From an uncultured delta proteobacterium (lineage in GTDB: Bacteria; Myxococcota; Kuafuiibacteriia; Kuafuiibacteriales; Kuafuiibacteriaceae), in contig CAWDML010000001.1 of the NCBI GenBank assembly GCA_963803435.1, forward strand, positions 1,472,001 to 1,536,000: a stretch of 64,000 nt of DNA, given 5' to 3'. How positions within the stretch are numbered: the first letter of the stretch is position 1; each line of letters starts with the position of its first letter. The notes under the pieces were generated by a model. The model made no database searches. It was not told where the DNA came from and saw nothing but the letters and a program-made list of their open reading frames with translations. Of the stretch, positions 20,162-31,431 are shown one piece after another. Position numbers and translations under genes: made by a program.

Positions 20162-23100
20162 TCAGAGCGTGGTGACGTCGACGTCGACGCCCAGGCCCCG
20201 GTGCGCGGGCACCTCGCCGAGGAACCGCTTGCGAAAGTGATCGTCCGCGATGTGGCGCGCGATCGACTCGACCCGCTCGCGCCCGCGCTGTCGCACCGCC
20301 TTCGCCTCGAGCGCCCGACCGGCCGCCTCGAGCGCCAGCGCGTGGGTGAGAAAGACCTCCGCCTCGTCCTCCTCGACGCCGCCGATCTCATCCCGGCGAA
20401 GCAGCGACCGCTCGGACTGCTCGACCGCGCCGTCGACGTCGCCGGCCTCGAGCAGCGCGCGCGCCGCCACCCAGAGCGCCGCCACCTCGACGCCCGGTTG
20501 ATCCGTCTCCCGGGCCTCGCGCGCGACGCCCTCCAGGGACTCGGCCGTCGCCAGCGGGCTCTTGCCGCCGAGGCCGGCGCGCGCCTGGTAGAGGCGGCAC
20601 CACAGCTGGAGGCGCTTATCCACGGTCTCCTTCGCGATCGACTCGCAATCGTCGAGGGCCGCCGACGCCTGCATCGTCTTCTTCTGCTGCATGCACGCGT
20701 AGCCGAGGTTGAGCAGCGCGTAGCCCTCCATGACGCGGTGGCCGACGCGACGGCAGTCGACCAGCGCCCGGCGGAGCGCGTCCTCGGCCTCCGCGTAGGC
20801 ACCGACCCGGTTCCACGCGTCGGCGAGATTCGTCTTGGCGCCGGCGGTCCGGCGGACGTCGCCCACCTCTTCATAGCGCGCGGCGGCCTCCTGAAACGCG
20901 ACACTGCGCGCCCCCGGATCGCCCTTCGCCGAGGCCAGCTGTCCGCGCCAGCCGGCCAGCATCGCCCGCGACGCCGGCGAGGGCTGCGGCACCTGCTCGG
21001 CGTCGACCAGCGCCGCCTCCGCCCGGTCGAGATGGCCGGCGTAGATCTGCGCCACCACCAGCCGGCCGAGCGCACGCACGCGGACGTCGGCATCGCCCGC
21101 CGCCTCCGCTTCGCGCACCGCCTCCTCGAGCAGCGCCGTGGCGCGCTCGGACTCGCGCGAGTTCGCGAGCCACCAGCCCAGCTCGGCCCGCGCCGCTGCA
21201 CGCTCGGCGTCGCTGGTCGCGAGGTCGAGGGCTGCCTCCAGCGCCTGTCGCTGCTCGCCTTTTCGGCCCAGGAAGAACAGCGCTTCGCTCCGGGCCAGGT
21301 GCACCGCGAAGAGCCGCCCGCTCGGCGCCCCCAGCGAGCAGGCGCGCTCGGCGCAGCGAAGAACGCTCTGGTTGTCGCCGCGACGCGCCGCCACCGAGGT
21401 GGCCATCGCGAAGCACTCGGCGGCCTGGGCGGCCTCGCCTCCCAGCTCCCAGTGTCGGCCCATGTCCTCGGGATCGCTGGTCTCCTCGGTGCTGAGGTGC
21501 TCGGCTGCGGTCCGGTGCAGGTCGCGGCGCAGCTCCTCCCCCAGCATCCGGTACGCCACGTCCTGCACCAGGCTGCTCGAGAAGCGGTAGCGCCGCACCC
21601 GCTCGCCTCGCGAGCGAACAGCCAGCAGCGCGCGGCGGACCAGCGAAGCCAGGATCAGCTTCGCGTCCTCGGTGACCAGATGATCGATCTCGTCGAGCGA
21701 GAAGGGACGCGCGAAGATGGAGGCTCGTTTCAATAGATTCTTTTCGCGCGAAGGCAGGTGGTCGAGCCGCGACTGGATCGCGGCCTCCACCGTCAGCGGG
21801 AGCGGCAGCCGGTCCGGATCGCCTGCGCCCTGCTCCTCCAGAGCGAGCAGGATCTGCTCGACGAACAGCGGGTTGCCCTCGGTCCGCTCCGCGATCGCGT
21901 CGATCACCTCGGTGGAGGCCGCCCGGCCGGTCAGCGCGCGGGCCAGCCGGGCCACGTCGGCAGGCAGCAGCCCCCGCGGCTCGAGAAGGCCGCGGCCGCG
22001 CATGAAGGCGGGACGCCGCTCCATGAGCTCGGAGCGGGCGGTGCCGAAGAGCAGGATCGAGCCGTCGATCTCGTCGAAGAGCGACTCGAGCAGGTCGAGC
22101 GAGTCATCGTCGGCCCACTGGAGATCGTCCGCGAGGAGGATCAGCGGGCGTTCGCGCGCTACGCCGGCCATCAGATCGAGGAGCGCCAGCCGCAGCCGGT
22201 CGGCCATCAGTCGCGGATCGCGGCGGGCCGCCTCGAGCTCGACGGTGGCGTCGACCTCGACCTCGAGCAGCTCGGAGATGAACGTGGCGGTCCCCTCCAC
22301 CTCGCCGTCGCGATCGACCGCGCCGCGGACCAGCTGAACGATGGCGTGCCGCTTGGCGCGCTGCGAGAGATCGGGATCGACGGTGCTGCCGAGCATGGAG
22401 GCGAGCAACGAGAACGAGACGTCGCGCTTGACCGGCTCTCCACGACCAACGAAGGAGCGTGCGCCGCGCTCGTGCACCAGGCGATCCATCTCGAGGAGGA
22501 GGCGCGACTTCCCGATGCCGGGAGGGCCGATCGTGAGGAGCGCCGCGGATCCGCCCCCAAACGCGCGATCGCGGGCGGCCTGCATCTGCGCCAGCTCGAC
22601 CTCGCGGCCCAAGAGCGGGGTCGACGCGAGCGAACGGAACGTGTTGGAGAGCGAGGGGTCCTTGCCGGCGAACAGCTCGAAGATGCGATCGCTGACCGGC
22701 GTGATCCGATGAATGCCGTCGAAAGAGCGGGCGCTGGCCGCGTCGATGGCGATGCCGGCGAGCCGGTGCGCGCAGCCCGCCTCTGCGATGGAGAGGGCGT
22801 CACCGGAGATGCCTCCGCCGCTGCGCGTCGCCCGGCCCGAGGCCACCGCCGCGCTCTCAGCCACGCTGCGGGCCTCCAGCGCCGCCGCCACCGCGCGTCC
22901 GAGCTCGTCGCCCTCCCACTTCTCGCCGCCGAACAGACCGAGCGCGCGCTGGCCCACCAGCGGGACGAACGCGCCGCCGCGGACCTCGACCGCGGCCCGC
23001 ATCACCTCCGCATCCCGGAGGCCCTCGACCAGCAGCACCGCGACCACGCGCTGCTCGTCGGCCGCGATCGTTCGGCCGGGCGCGACGATCCGCGAGGCGC

Positions 23101-24043
23101 CCCGGTTCGTGGGATCGACCTTCTCGAGCGCGGCGATGAAGTCGCCCGCGCTCCGCCATCGCTTCGAGGGCTCCTTCTCCAGGGCTCGCTCCACCACCGC
23201 CGCCAGCTCCACCGGCGTCTCGGGCGCACGCTCCCGCAGCGGCAGGTGAGGCTCGCGGACGATCGCCAGGAGCGTGGCGATCGCAGTGTCGCGCGCGAAG
23301 GGCGTTCCGCCGGCGAGCAGCTCGTAGAGGACCACGCCGAGCGACCAGAGATCGGTGCTCTCGTCGATGTCGGCGCTGCCGAAGGCCTGCTCCGGCGAGA
23401 GGTACGCAGGCGTGCCGATCACCCCGCCACTCTGCGTGATCTTGGTGGTGGCTTGCGCGACCATCGCGATCCCGAAGTCGAGCAGCTTGAGCGTGTCTTC
23501 GCCCGTCAAGAAGAGGTTCGCCGGCTTGATGTCTCGGTGGATGATCCCGGCGGCGTGGACAGCCGACAGGCCGAGCAACGCCTGCAAGCCGATGTCGACG
23601 ACACGCGCCGGGGGTGCCGGCCCGGCGTCGACCACCTCCGTGATCGATTGGCCCTCCAGCAGCTCGAAGACGATGTACGGGACACCGTGCTCGTCGGTTC
23701 CGGAGCCCTCCACGCGGACCACGTGCTTCGATTCAATCCGGATCTTGGCCTCGCGCTCGAACCTCCGGGCGAACTCCGGATCGCGCGTGTTGAGGAGCTT
23801 GACGGCCACCGAGCGTCCGTCCTCGCCCACCGCCTCGTAGACGACGCCCATCCCGCCGGCGCCGAGGATCCGGCGCACGTCGTAGGGCCCGATGCGGCTG
23901 CGCCGCGGGAGGTCGGCGAGGCGCTCCTTGTTCTTCTTGGGCGGGGGAGGCTCGCCGCCGTCCATCCGGATGGTCTCCAGATCCTCGGCGCTCCGCTTGA
24001 CGGTATGATCCGTCGCGAAAGGCTTGGGGCGCCGCCTGGCCAT
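20162..24043 (-). CDS. Ser/Thr protein kinase fused to a degenerate cyclase-like region, AAA ATPase and TPRs
   Basis: LGAGGMGVVY, HRDIKPANL, DFGIA, GTPAYLSPEQ; GPPGIGKS, DDLQWAD, EGNPLFVEQ; helical TPR-like C-terminus. Confidence 0.92.
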   Translation of the reverse strand: MARRRPKPFATDHTVKRSAEDLETIRMDGGEPPPPKKNKERLADLPRRSRIGPYDVRRILGAGGMGVVYEAVGEDGRSVAVKLLNTRDPEFARRFEREAKIRIESKHVVRVEGSGTDEHGVPYIVFELLEGQSITEVVDAGPAPPARVVDIGLQALLGLSAVHAAGIIHRDIKPANLFLTGEDTLKLLDFGIAMVAQATTKITQSGGVIGTPAYLSPEQAFGSADIDESTDLWSLGVVLYELLAGGTPFARDTAIATLLAIVREPHLPLRERAPETPVELAAVVERALEKEPSKRWRSAGDFIAALEKVDPTNRGASRIVAPGRTIAADEQRVVAVLLVEGLRDAEVMRAAVEVRGGAFVPLVGQRALGLFGGEKWEGDELGRAVAAALEARSVAESAAVASGRATRSGGGISGDALSIAEAGCAHRLAGIAIDAASARSFDGIHRITPVSDRIFELFAGKDPSLSNTFRSLASTPLLGREVELAQMQAARDRAFGGGSAALLTIGPPGIGKSRLLLEMDRLVHERGARSFVGRGEPVKRDVSFSLLASMLGSTVDPDLSQRAKRHAIVQLVRGAVDRDGEVEGTATFISELLEVEVDATVELEAARRDPRLMADRLRLALLDLMAGVARERPLILLADDLQWADDDSLDLLESLFDEIDGSILLFGTARSELMERRPAFMRGRGLLEPRGLLPADVARLARALTGRAASTEVIDAIAERTEGNPLFVEQILLALEEQGAGDPDRLPLPLTVEAAIQSRLDHLPSREKNLLKRASIFARPFSLDEIDHLVTEDAKLILASLVRRALLAVRSRGERVRRYRFSSSLVQDVAYRMLGEELRRDLHRTAAEHLSTEETSDPEDMGRHWELGGEAAQAAECFAMATSVAARRGDNQSVLRCAERACSLGAPSGRLFAVHLARSEALFFLGRKGEQRQALEAALDLATSDAERAAARAELGWWLANSRESERATALLEEAVREAEAAGDADVRVRALGRLVVAQIYAGHLDRAEAALVDAEQVPQPSPASRAMLAGWRGQLASAKGDPGARSVAFQEAAARYEEVGDVRRTAGAKTNLADAWNRVGAYAEAEDALRRALVDCRRVGHRVMEGYALLNLGYACMQQKKTMQASAALDDCESIAKETVDKRLQLWCRLYQARAGLGGKSPLATAESLEGVAREARETDQPGVEVAALWVAARALLEAGDVDGAVEQSERSLLRRDEIGGVEEDEAEVFLTHALALEAAGRALEAKAVRQRGRERVESIARHIADDHFRKRFLGEVPAHRGLGVDVDVTTL

Positions 24044-24063
24044 CGGGCGGGAGCATAGGGTTC

Positions 24064-25149
24064 ATGAGGGAGCGTTGTCACCGTTGTCGGAAGGCGTCGA
24101 TCGTCTGCATCTGCCCAGGTCTCCCCCGCATCCCCAACCGAACCGAGATCGTCATTCTCCAGCACCCGCGCGAGCGCGAGCACCCGTTCGGCACCGCGCG
24201 CTTCGCCGAGCTCGGGCTCGAGCGGGTCCAGACCTTCGTCCACTATGGGCTCGGGCGTGCCCCTTCGCCGCTGGGCGCGCTCCCCGACGACACGGCGCTG
24301 ATCTATCCCGCCGCGCATGCCCCCGAGCTCCGGAGCGTCCCGCGGCCGAGCGCGCTGCTGTTCCTCGACGGAACCTGGGCCCAGTCGCGGACTCTCTATC
24401 GCATCAACCCGGCGCTGGCCGCGCTCCCGCATCTTCGGATCGACCCGAGGACGAAGAGTCGCTACCTGATCCGCAGCGAGCCTGCGCCCTGGTGCGTCTC
24501 GACGATCGAGGCCATCGCGGAGGCGCTCGCGATCGTCGAGCCCGACCTCGAGGGGCTCGATCGGCTGGTCGCCGCGTTCGAGTCGATGATCGCGCGCCAG
24601 CTCGAGTTCAGGTCGCGGCCGGCGCTCCGCCGCAAGAAGGCAAGACCCAAGCCGGAGAGCCGCGCCCTCCCCAACAGCCTGCGCGAAGGCCGCCGGTTGA
24701 TCCTGGCGCACGGTGAGCTGAGCCGCGGCGAGCTGGTGTATCTGGTCGCGTCGGACCTGGCGCAGCGCCGCTTCGAGTGTGCCTTGAAGCCCCGGATCCC
24801 GCCGGCCGATTGGTGGCTCGCGCGGGCCGGGCTCGAATGGACATCGATCGAGCGTGGGCTCGATCCGCGAGATCTTCCCGCTCGATGGCGCGCGTTCGCG
24901 GGTCCCGAGGATGTGCTGGTCTGCTGGACCCGAAGCCTGCTCGAGTCCATCGCGGCCGCCACATCGCATTCGGCGCCGTCCGCTGTCCTCAAGACGGCGT
25001 ACTGCAATCTACGATCGGCACGATCGGGCAGCCTCGAGGAGGTCTTGCAGCGCGAAGGTCTCGATCCACTCGACACCGGTGCCATGGGGCGGGCCGGTCG
25101 AAGCCTCTCGATGTTGATCCCGTTGGCCGGTCGGATGTTCGGGCGGTAG
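24064..25149 (+). CDS. DTW-domain tRNA-uridine aminocarboxypropyltransferase-like protein with C-terminal extension
   Basis: CxxC...CxC N-terminus, ILQHPRE, FLDGTWAQ (DTW motif), STIEA. Confidence 0.82.
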   Translation: MRERCHRCRKASIVCICPGLPRIPNRTEIVILQHPREREHPFGTARFAELGLERVQTFVHYGLGRAPSPLGALPDDTALIYPAAHAPELRSVPRPSALLFLDGTWAQSRTLYRINPALAALPHLRIDPRTKSRYLIRSEPAPWCVSTIEAIAEALAIVEPDLEGLDRLVAAFESMIARQLEFRSRPALRRKKARPKPESRALPNSLREGRRLILAHGELSRGELVYLVASDLAQRRFECALKPRIPPADWWLARAGLEWTSIERGLDPRDLPARWRAFAGPEDVLVCWTRSLLESIAAATSHSAPSAVLKTAYCNLRSARSGSLEEVLQREGLDPLDTGAMGRAGRSLSMLIPLAGRMFGR

Positions 25150-25158
25150 GCTTTGAAG

Positions 25159-26211
25159 ATGAGAACGACGGTCATCGCTGCGTCCCTGCTGTTCTCCTCG
25201 ATTGCGCACGCGCAGAGCGAGGAGGAGATGCTCGAGAGTGCGAGAGCCGAGATCACCCAAGGTGCGTACGAGACGGGCATCGCGAAGCTGGAGCAGATCC
25301 ACAAGACGAGCCCCCGTCCCGCGCTGCTGCTGGAGATCGCGACGGCCTACGCGCAGTGGCAGGGACACTGTCAGGACGCCATCACCAACTTCGATCGCTT
25401 CTTCGAGACCTGCAACCAGTGTGAGTCCTTCGAGGCCGCAAAGGAGCGGAACGCGCGCGTTCGAGCCTCCTGCCAGGTGAAGGTCCACGTCGAGTCGGAG
25501 CCGGCGGGTGCCATGATCTCGATCGACGGCTCACCGATCGGAACGAGCCCGCTCGACGCCACCCTGGTCGCCGGCCAGCACGGCTTCGAGGCAGAGCTCT
25601 CAGGGTACGGCGGACCCGCCGTCGGGCAGACGTTCGCCCCCGGCCAAGCCGACGGGCTGGTGAAGCTCCGGCTCGACGCGCTCCCGGCCTTCATCGAGCT
25701 GCAGAACTTCACGACGGAGAGCACGATCCTGGTGAGCGGGGTGCCCGCCACGGCGCCAAAGATGGAGGTCAAGCCGGGCAAGCACCGCATCGAGGCCAAG
25801 CGTCCCGGGTATGACGACAAGACGATCGAGGTCTTCGCGCACCGGGGCCAGACGACCCGCGTGGACGTCAGCCTGGTCCCCAGCCAGACCTCCTACCGCA
25901 CCTTCATGTGGGCCAGCGTCGGGGTCGGTGCGTTCGCCCTGATCTCCGCCGGGGCGTTCGGGATCATGTCGAGGGAGGCGGCCGGCGACAAACGTCGCGA
26001 GGAGATGCGCGGGGACTTCGCCGACGCCAAGTACCTCGAAGATCTCGACGGGCGGCTCCACGCCGGCATCACCCGAGCCGCCATCACCGGCGGCATCGCC
26101 GGCGCCGCCGCGATCTCCGCGCTGGTGTTCTTCTTCATCGAGCCCGATCATTCCCAGCCGGTCGCGCTCGCCGTGGGCTCCGACGGTGTGCTGGTTTCGG
26201 GACGCTTCTGA
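25159..26211 (+). CDS. Exported TPR + PEGA domain protein
   Basis: Signal peptide (AHA|Q); VESEPAGAMISIDG...GTSPL and PGKHRIEAKRPGY PEGA repeats; C-terminal hydrophobic segments ending VSGRF. Confidence 0.82.
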   Translation: MRTTVIAASLLFSSIAHAQSEEEMLESARAEITQGAYETGIAKLEQIHKTSPRPALLLEIATAYAQWQGHCQDAITNFDRFFETCNQCESFEAAKERNARVRASCQVKVHVESEPAGAMISIDGSPIGTSPLDATLVAGQHGFEAELSGYGGPAVGQTFAPGQADGLVKLRLDALPAFIELQNFTTESTILVSGVPATAPKMEVKPGKHRIEAKRPGYDDKTIEVFAHRGQTTRVDVSLVPSQTSYRTFMWASVGVGAFALISAGAFGIMSREAAGDKRREEMRGDFADAKYLEDLDGRLHAGITRAAITGGIAGAAAISALVFFFIEPDHSQPVALAVGSDGVLVSGRF

Positions 26212-26271
26212 CGGCAGGCGACGCAAGCACGGAATCCCGCTCGAGCTCGAGCGCGTGCGGGCGCGCCTCGA

Positions 26272-27594
26272 TCATTGGGACTCGAACGCATCGTCGGTGG
26301 CGGCGAGGCACTCGTCGATGATCGCGAAGCCCTCGCGGAGCTGCGCCTCGGTGATACACAGCGGCGGGTTCGCCGTGAAGCTCGACCAGCGGACGAACGT
26401 GAACAGGCCCTTCTCCAGGAACCGCCTGCCCAGCTCCGCCATCGCCGGGTGACTGCCGTTGTAGGGCGCCATCAGGTCACCCTTCGCGTTCTTCTGGATG
26501 TCGATCATCCCGAAGAGCCCGATGCAGCGGCCCTCCTTCACCGAGGGGTGCTTGGCCTTCAGCCGATCCATCTCGGCGCGCATCACCTTCTCCAGGCGCG
26601 CGGCGTTCTCGATCATGCCTTCGCCGACGAGCACCTCGAGCACCGCGTCCGCGACGGCCACCGCGAAGTTGTGCGAGTTGTACGTGAGGCCGCCCCAGAA
26701 GACGTTCTGATCGAAGTGCTTCGCGATCGGGTCCGACACGCCCATCGCGCCCAGCGGCACGTACGAGCTGGTGAGGCCCTTCGCCATCGTCACGATGTCC
26801 GGGACGATGCCCCCGTGCATGAAGGCGAACATCTTCCCGGTCCGCCCAAAGCCGGCCATCACCTCGTCCGCGATCAACAGGATCCCGTTCTTCTCCAGGA
26901 GCGCCTTCAGCCCCTTGAGGTAGCCCTGGGGCGGGGGGAGGATGCCGTTGGTGCCGGTGACCGGCTCGATGATCATGGCCGCGATCGTCTGCGCCCCTTC
27001 GTACATGATCATCTCCTCCAGATACTGGAGGTTGTTCTTCGTCTGCTCCTCCTCGGTGGCGCCGAAGGAGTAGTCGTACGGGCGCGGATCGAGGACGCGG
27101 ATCACGCCCGGCATGCCCGGCTCGTTCGGCCAGCGGCGCGGGTCACCGGTGAGCTGCATGGTGGCGTTGGTGCCGCCGTGATAGCTGCGGTAGCGCGACA
27201 GGATCTTCTGCTTGCTGGTGTACAGCCTGGCGGCGCGGATCGCGTTCTCGTTGGCCTCGGCGCCCCCCAGCGTGAAGAAGAACCGGTTGATGTTGCCCGG
27301 CACCAGCTCCGACAGGCGCTTCGCCAGCTGCGCGCGCTCGCGCGTGGCCGTCCCCGGATACACGTACAGGAGCCCCTCGGCGGCCCGCTTCATCGCGGCC
27401 ACCACCTTGGGATGGCTGTGGCCGATGTTCACGCTCATCAGCTGGCTGTTGAAGTCGAGGATCCGGCGACCGTCCGCGGTGTAGACGTAGATGCCTTCGG
27501 CGCGATCGATCACGAGCGGGGTCACCTTGTCGTTGGCAGCCCACGCGTACATCGTGTGCGTCTTGCAGAGGTCGGCGATCTCTCTCGGATCCAT
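26272..27594 (-). CDS. Class III PLP aminotransferase (taurine/omega-amino acid transaminase-like)
   Basis: GGAEANE, SYHG, IADEVMAGFGRTG, PDIVTMAKGLTS. Confidence 0.92.
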   Translation of the reverse strand: MDPREIADLCKTHTMYAWAANDKVTPLVIDRAEGIYVYTADGRRILDFNSQLMSVNIGHSHPKVVAAMKRAAEGLLYVYPGTATRERAQLAKRLSELVPGNINRFFFTLGGAEANENAIRAARLYTSKQKILSRYRSYHGGTNATMQLTGDPRRWPNEPGMPGVIRVLDPRPYDYSFGATEEEQTKNNLQYLEEMIMYEGAQTIAAMIIEPVTGTNGILPPPQGYLKGLKALLEKNGILLIADEVMAGFGRTGKMFAFMHGGIVPDIVTMAKGLTSSYVPLGAMGVSDPIAKHFDQNVFWGGLTYNSHNFAVAVADAVLEVLVGEGMIENAARLEKVMRAEMDRLKAKHPSVKEGRCIGLFGMIDIQKNAKGDLMAPYNGSHPAMAELGRRFLEKGLFTFVRWSSFTANPPLCITEAQLREGFAIIDECLAATDDAFESQ

Positions 27595-27613
27595 GTCGGA
27601 TCGAGGCGCTACT

Positions 27614-30600
27614 TCAATTGCCGGCGCTCGGCAACACCACGATGTCGGACATCCGCAGGAGCAGGTTCGGACCGAGCGGGCCGGCCATCGGCGCGATCGC
27701 CGGGAAGTCGCGGCGATGCCGATCGTCCAGCGTGACGCTCAGCGGGTGGTTCGTCGACGCGAACGGGAAGCCGATGCTCGAGGCGACCCAATCGAGCTGG
27801 CCCGCCACCGTGCGGCCCTCGGGATCGAGGTCGCCGTCGAGCCGGTATCCGAGCGACGCATCCACGCGCACGCGCTGGCCGGAACGCCCTCGGATGATGT
27901 CGAGCCCGTCGAGCCGTGACAGATAGGCGGAGATCCCGCCGAACCCCTCCGGCCGCACCCCGAGCTGCGCGCCCACCGAAGCGGCGTTGGTTCCGCCGGC
28001 CCCCAGATGGCAGCTGGTGCAGTCGAGGCCCGGGCGGACCCGCTGGAGCGCATGGGGCGTGACCGGGTTGAAGACGAACGCTGCGTTGGCGCCCATCTCG
28101 GGGCGCTGCTCGAACACTGGACCGTCCGCGTTCGGCAGGAGCCCGGCCACCTCCTGATCGTAGGGGCGCAGGCCGTAGCCGTCGCGGTGACGATAGACGC
28201 CGTACCGGATCGCCGGATCGCCGGCGACGATGCTCCTGCGCCCGTACCAGTCGAGCCCGTCGGCGTCGAGGTGCCGGAGGCGCAGACCGCCGGCCGAGGT
28301 GAACGGCGCCACTCGCCCGCGCGCGTCGACGCCGAGCTGGAGATCAAGCGGAGAGACGAACGTCAGCTCGGCCTGCGTGATCCTTCCGAGCGTGTACTCG
28401 CCCGTCGCCGGCGAGAAGCCGCGCGCGCCGCCGGTGTCGTCGAGCGTCACGTGGCAACCGAAGCAGGCGTTGGTCCAGGCGGCGTGACAGGCCGAGCACT
28501 CGAGGCCTTCGAGGTGCGTGAAGTCGGGCGTCACGGAGCCGGTCTCCGCCAGCTGATCGAGCGTGCAGCGGGCCGGGTCGCCGGCCGCGCACGGCCCCAC
28601 GCCGTCGCCCGGATCCGTGTTGACGCGCCCGTGGAAGATCGAGGCGGACAGCGAGTATTCGGACGCGGGCGGCGCCAGGGCGTCGCGCACCTGAGGCACG
28701 CGGATCACGAGGCCGCTCTTCGATTGCAGGTACCGGCCCGGGATCAGCTGCGCGCACGCGGGGTCGGTCCGATGTCTCGGGATGGTCTCGCCCACCTCCG
28801 GGCACGCGAACAACCGGCGGATCGGGTTGCGATTGTCGGCGCCGAACGGGAGCGCGCGCGCGTCGAGGCTTCCGTGGCAGTCGGCGCACTCGATCTCGGT
28901 GGCTTGCTCCTGCCGCGACCAGAGCACGCCGGAGAGATCGTCGACCTGCTCGGGGTCGGTCCAGTCCGTGACCTCGGGGACCTTCACGCGCCGGACCTCG
29001 TTGTGGAGCTCCGCCGAGGTATGGCAGTCGATGCACTCTAGGTTGGCCAGGTAGTGGACGTCGGCCGGGATGTCGTTGAAGCCATCGCCGTTCCAGTCGA
29101 CGAAGTGGAGGATCTGATCCTGCGCCAGCCCGTGCCGGCGCGCGGCCGGCTCGATCTGGTTGTCGATCTCGTCGGTGAGCTGAAGCTCGCCGGCGCCGAG
29201 CGCGCGCGTCGCCGTCCGGTTCGGATCGATCTGATAGCCGCGAAACTGGAGATCCGTCTGGTTCGAGCCCGAGTGGCACACGCCGCACTGTCGCGATCCG
29301 ACCGCCGTGATCAGGCGATGGGTGATCGGATGGGGCCGCTCCGGTCCCAGCCAGCCTCCGCTCGCGCTCGAGACATTGGACGGATCGAACCCGGCGATGC
29401 TGGAGTAGGCGGCGGGATACGTCGGCTCGGACGCCACGATGTTGGCGTCGCGGGAGAGGGAGCGACCGAAGTCCGAGTAGACCATGTGGCAGGCCGAGCA
29501 GCCCGAGCCCCGGAAGTCGCCGAAGCGATCGTTGCGCCCGGCGCTGTAGAGGTGGCATCCGCCGCAGGCCTTGTCGTATGCGTCCTCCAGCAGATCCATC
29601 TCGCCGTACGGCGTGATCGACGACCGGTCCGGCGGAGCGAAGGCCGCGATCCGCGGGACCGAGCCGACCAGCGTCGCGTCATAGGCGAGCGCGCCGAGCT
29701 CGGGCACGCCGCCGGTCATCCCGGTGGTGGCGTCGAGCTTATAGATCCCGTCGGCGCCCCGGGTGAGCGCACGCGGCAGACCGGAGGCGGCCCGCGCGCC
29801 ATCGATCAGACCGGCGGCCGTGGCCATCGGCGAGCGACGCATGTTCTCCACCCGGGCGCGATGACACCCAGAGGACTTTCCGCAGGATTGGTCGGCGATC
29901 CGCAGGTCGCCCGGATCGCGAAAGCGCAGCCACTCGAGCCCCCCCGCGAACCGCTCGACGCCGGCGAGCGTCAGGTAGTTGTAGTAGTAGCGCAGGTTCG
30001 GCCGCCCCTCCGCCGGCGCGCCCACGCTCCACTCCTGGGGGATCGGCACGTGGGCGAGGACGCGGTCGCTCTGGCTCGGATCGCCGCCGTGACACCCGGC
30101 GCAGGTGAGCTCGGGTCCACCGTACCAGGGGTGCGGATCCTCGATGGCATCGTGGCACTCGCCGCAGGTGTTGCGCGTCGGCGGAGCGATGCAACCTCCG
30201 GTCTGCGTCAGATCGGTCCCGTCGCGGGCGTAGCGGCACTCGCTGCACAGCACCGGGCGGCACGCCGGCTCGTGAGGTGCCTCGCAGCAGTCGGCCTCCG
30301 TGCAGGCCTGACAGGCGTCGCTCCCGGGATAGCGACAAGTGCCGGACGGACAGTCCTCGACACACTGGTCGGCCGACAGCGTGAAGCCGGGGATGCAGCC
30401 GGTGGGGACGCAACGGCAGTCGAACCCGCCGCCGCCGAGCGCGACGTAGCTCTCGACGAGGCCGACGGCGCCCGGAGGGATCGGCGCCAGCGAGCAGTCG
30501 CAGGGCGCCGGGTTGCAGGTGCAGAGCGAGGGGTCGAGGACCGTCCCCGCCAGGCACTGGACACCGTTGCACGGCGCCTCGCAGGATCCATCGGCGCACG

Positions 30601-30725
30601 CGTCGACGCAAAGACCGTCGGCGCCCAACACGGTTCCCTCGGGACACGGGTCGCTCACGTCGGAGGGACAGCCGCTCGAGGCGAGGACGAGCAGCGCTGG
30701 GAGCAGAGCCTTCGTGGCGCTTCAT
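27614..30725 (-). CDS. Large multiheme c-type cytochrome lipoprotein (10 CxxCH + 1 CX5CH)
   Basis: CGECH, CAGCH, CGKSSGCH, CGGCH, CSACH, CGVCH, CIDCH, CADCH, CSACH, CFGCH, CTSCH. Removing one G at 30716-17 links ATG 30725 to MKRTKALLPALLVLASSGC (lipobox). Confidence 0.85.
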
Positions 30726-30755
30726 TGTGCAGGCAAGGCCCGCAGGGCGACAAGG

Positions 30756-31431
30756 TCATCCGCGCTTCGGGACCAGCTGCTCGAGGGACAGCTCTGCCAG
30801 CTTCCTCGCGGCCCGGGTGGTGTCGGGGGCGGACAGGAGCGCGCGGAGGATCTCGAATCCCCTCTCGCCGCCGTCCCAGCCGCGAGAGCGCGAGCGCCTT
30901 GTTGATCGAGAGGACCCCCGCGGTCTCCGCGTCCGGCCCCAGCGACAGACCGGTCTCGAGCGCGGCCAGCTTCTGCGGATCGCTCTCGGTGAGGAACGCG
31001 TGCTCCTTCCATACCGGCGCCAGGCGTGGATACCTCTGGAGCAGGTAGCGGACGTACCTCTTCTGCTCGCCCTCGTCCTCGATCCACTCGAGCTTGAGAT
31101 AGTCCAGATAGGCGCCCGGCGGCAGCGCGCCGGTCCGCTCCGCCTCGAGCGTGTGCACCGCGGTCTTCGTGGTGAAGAACCCGCCCGGCGCCAGGCGATC
31201 CACCTCGCGGTACGCGGCCAAGGCGGCGACGGCGTCTCCGCTCAAGAGGTGCGTGAAGGCGGCGTCGTAGCGGGGATAGGGCCACGACGGCGCCAGGCGC
31301 GCGGCGGCCGCGAACTTGGCCAGCGCCTCGGCGTAGCGGCCGGCCGACGCAAGCCGGCGACCGGTCCGGTGGAGCTCGACCGCCTCCGCGGGAGGTGTTC
31401 CGTACGTGTCCACTCGAAGTCTCGCCCTCAT
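30756..31431 (-). CDS. TPR-repeat protein (one +1 frameshift at ~30856)
   Basis: ATG overlaps the glgA stop; GRYAEALAKFAAAARLAPSWPYPRY TPR; the corrected frame ends ...EQLVPKRG*. Confidence 0.7.

Noticed and set aside
26272-27594. EctB partner for the EctC-like protein
   Set aside because: 10 kb away in another operon; sequence looks like a taurine/omega-amino acid transaminase; no ectA
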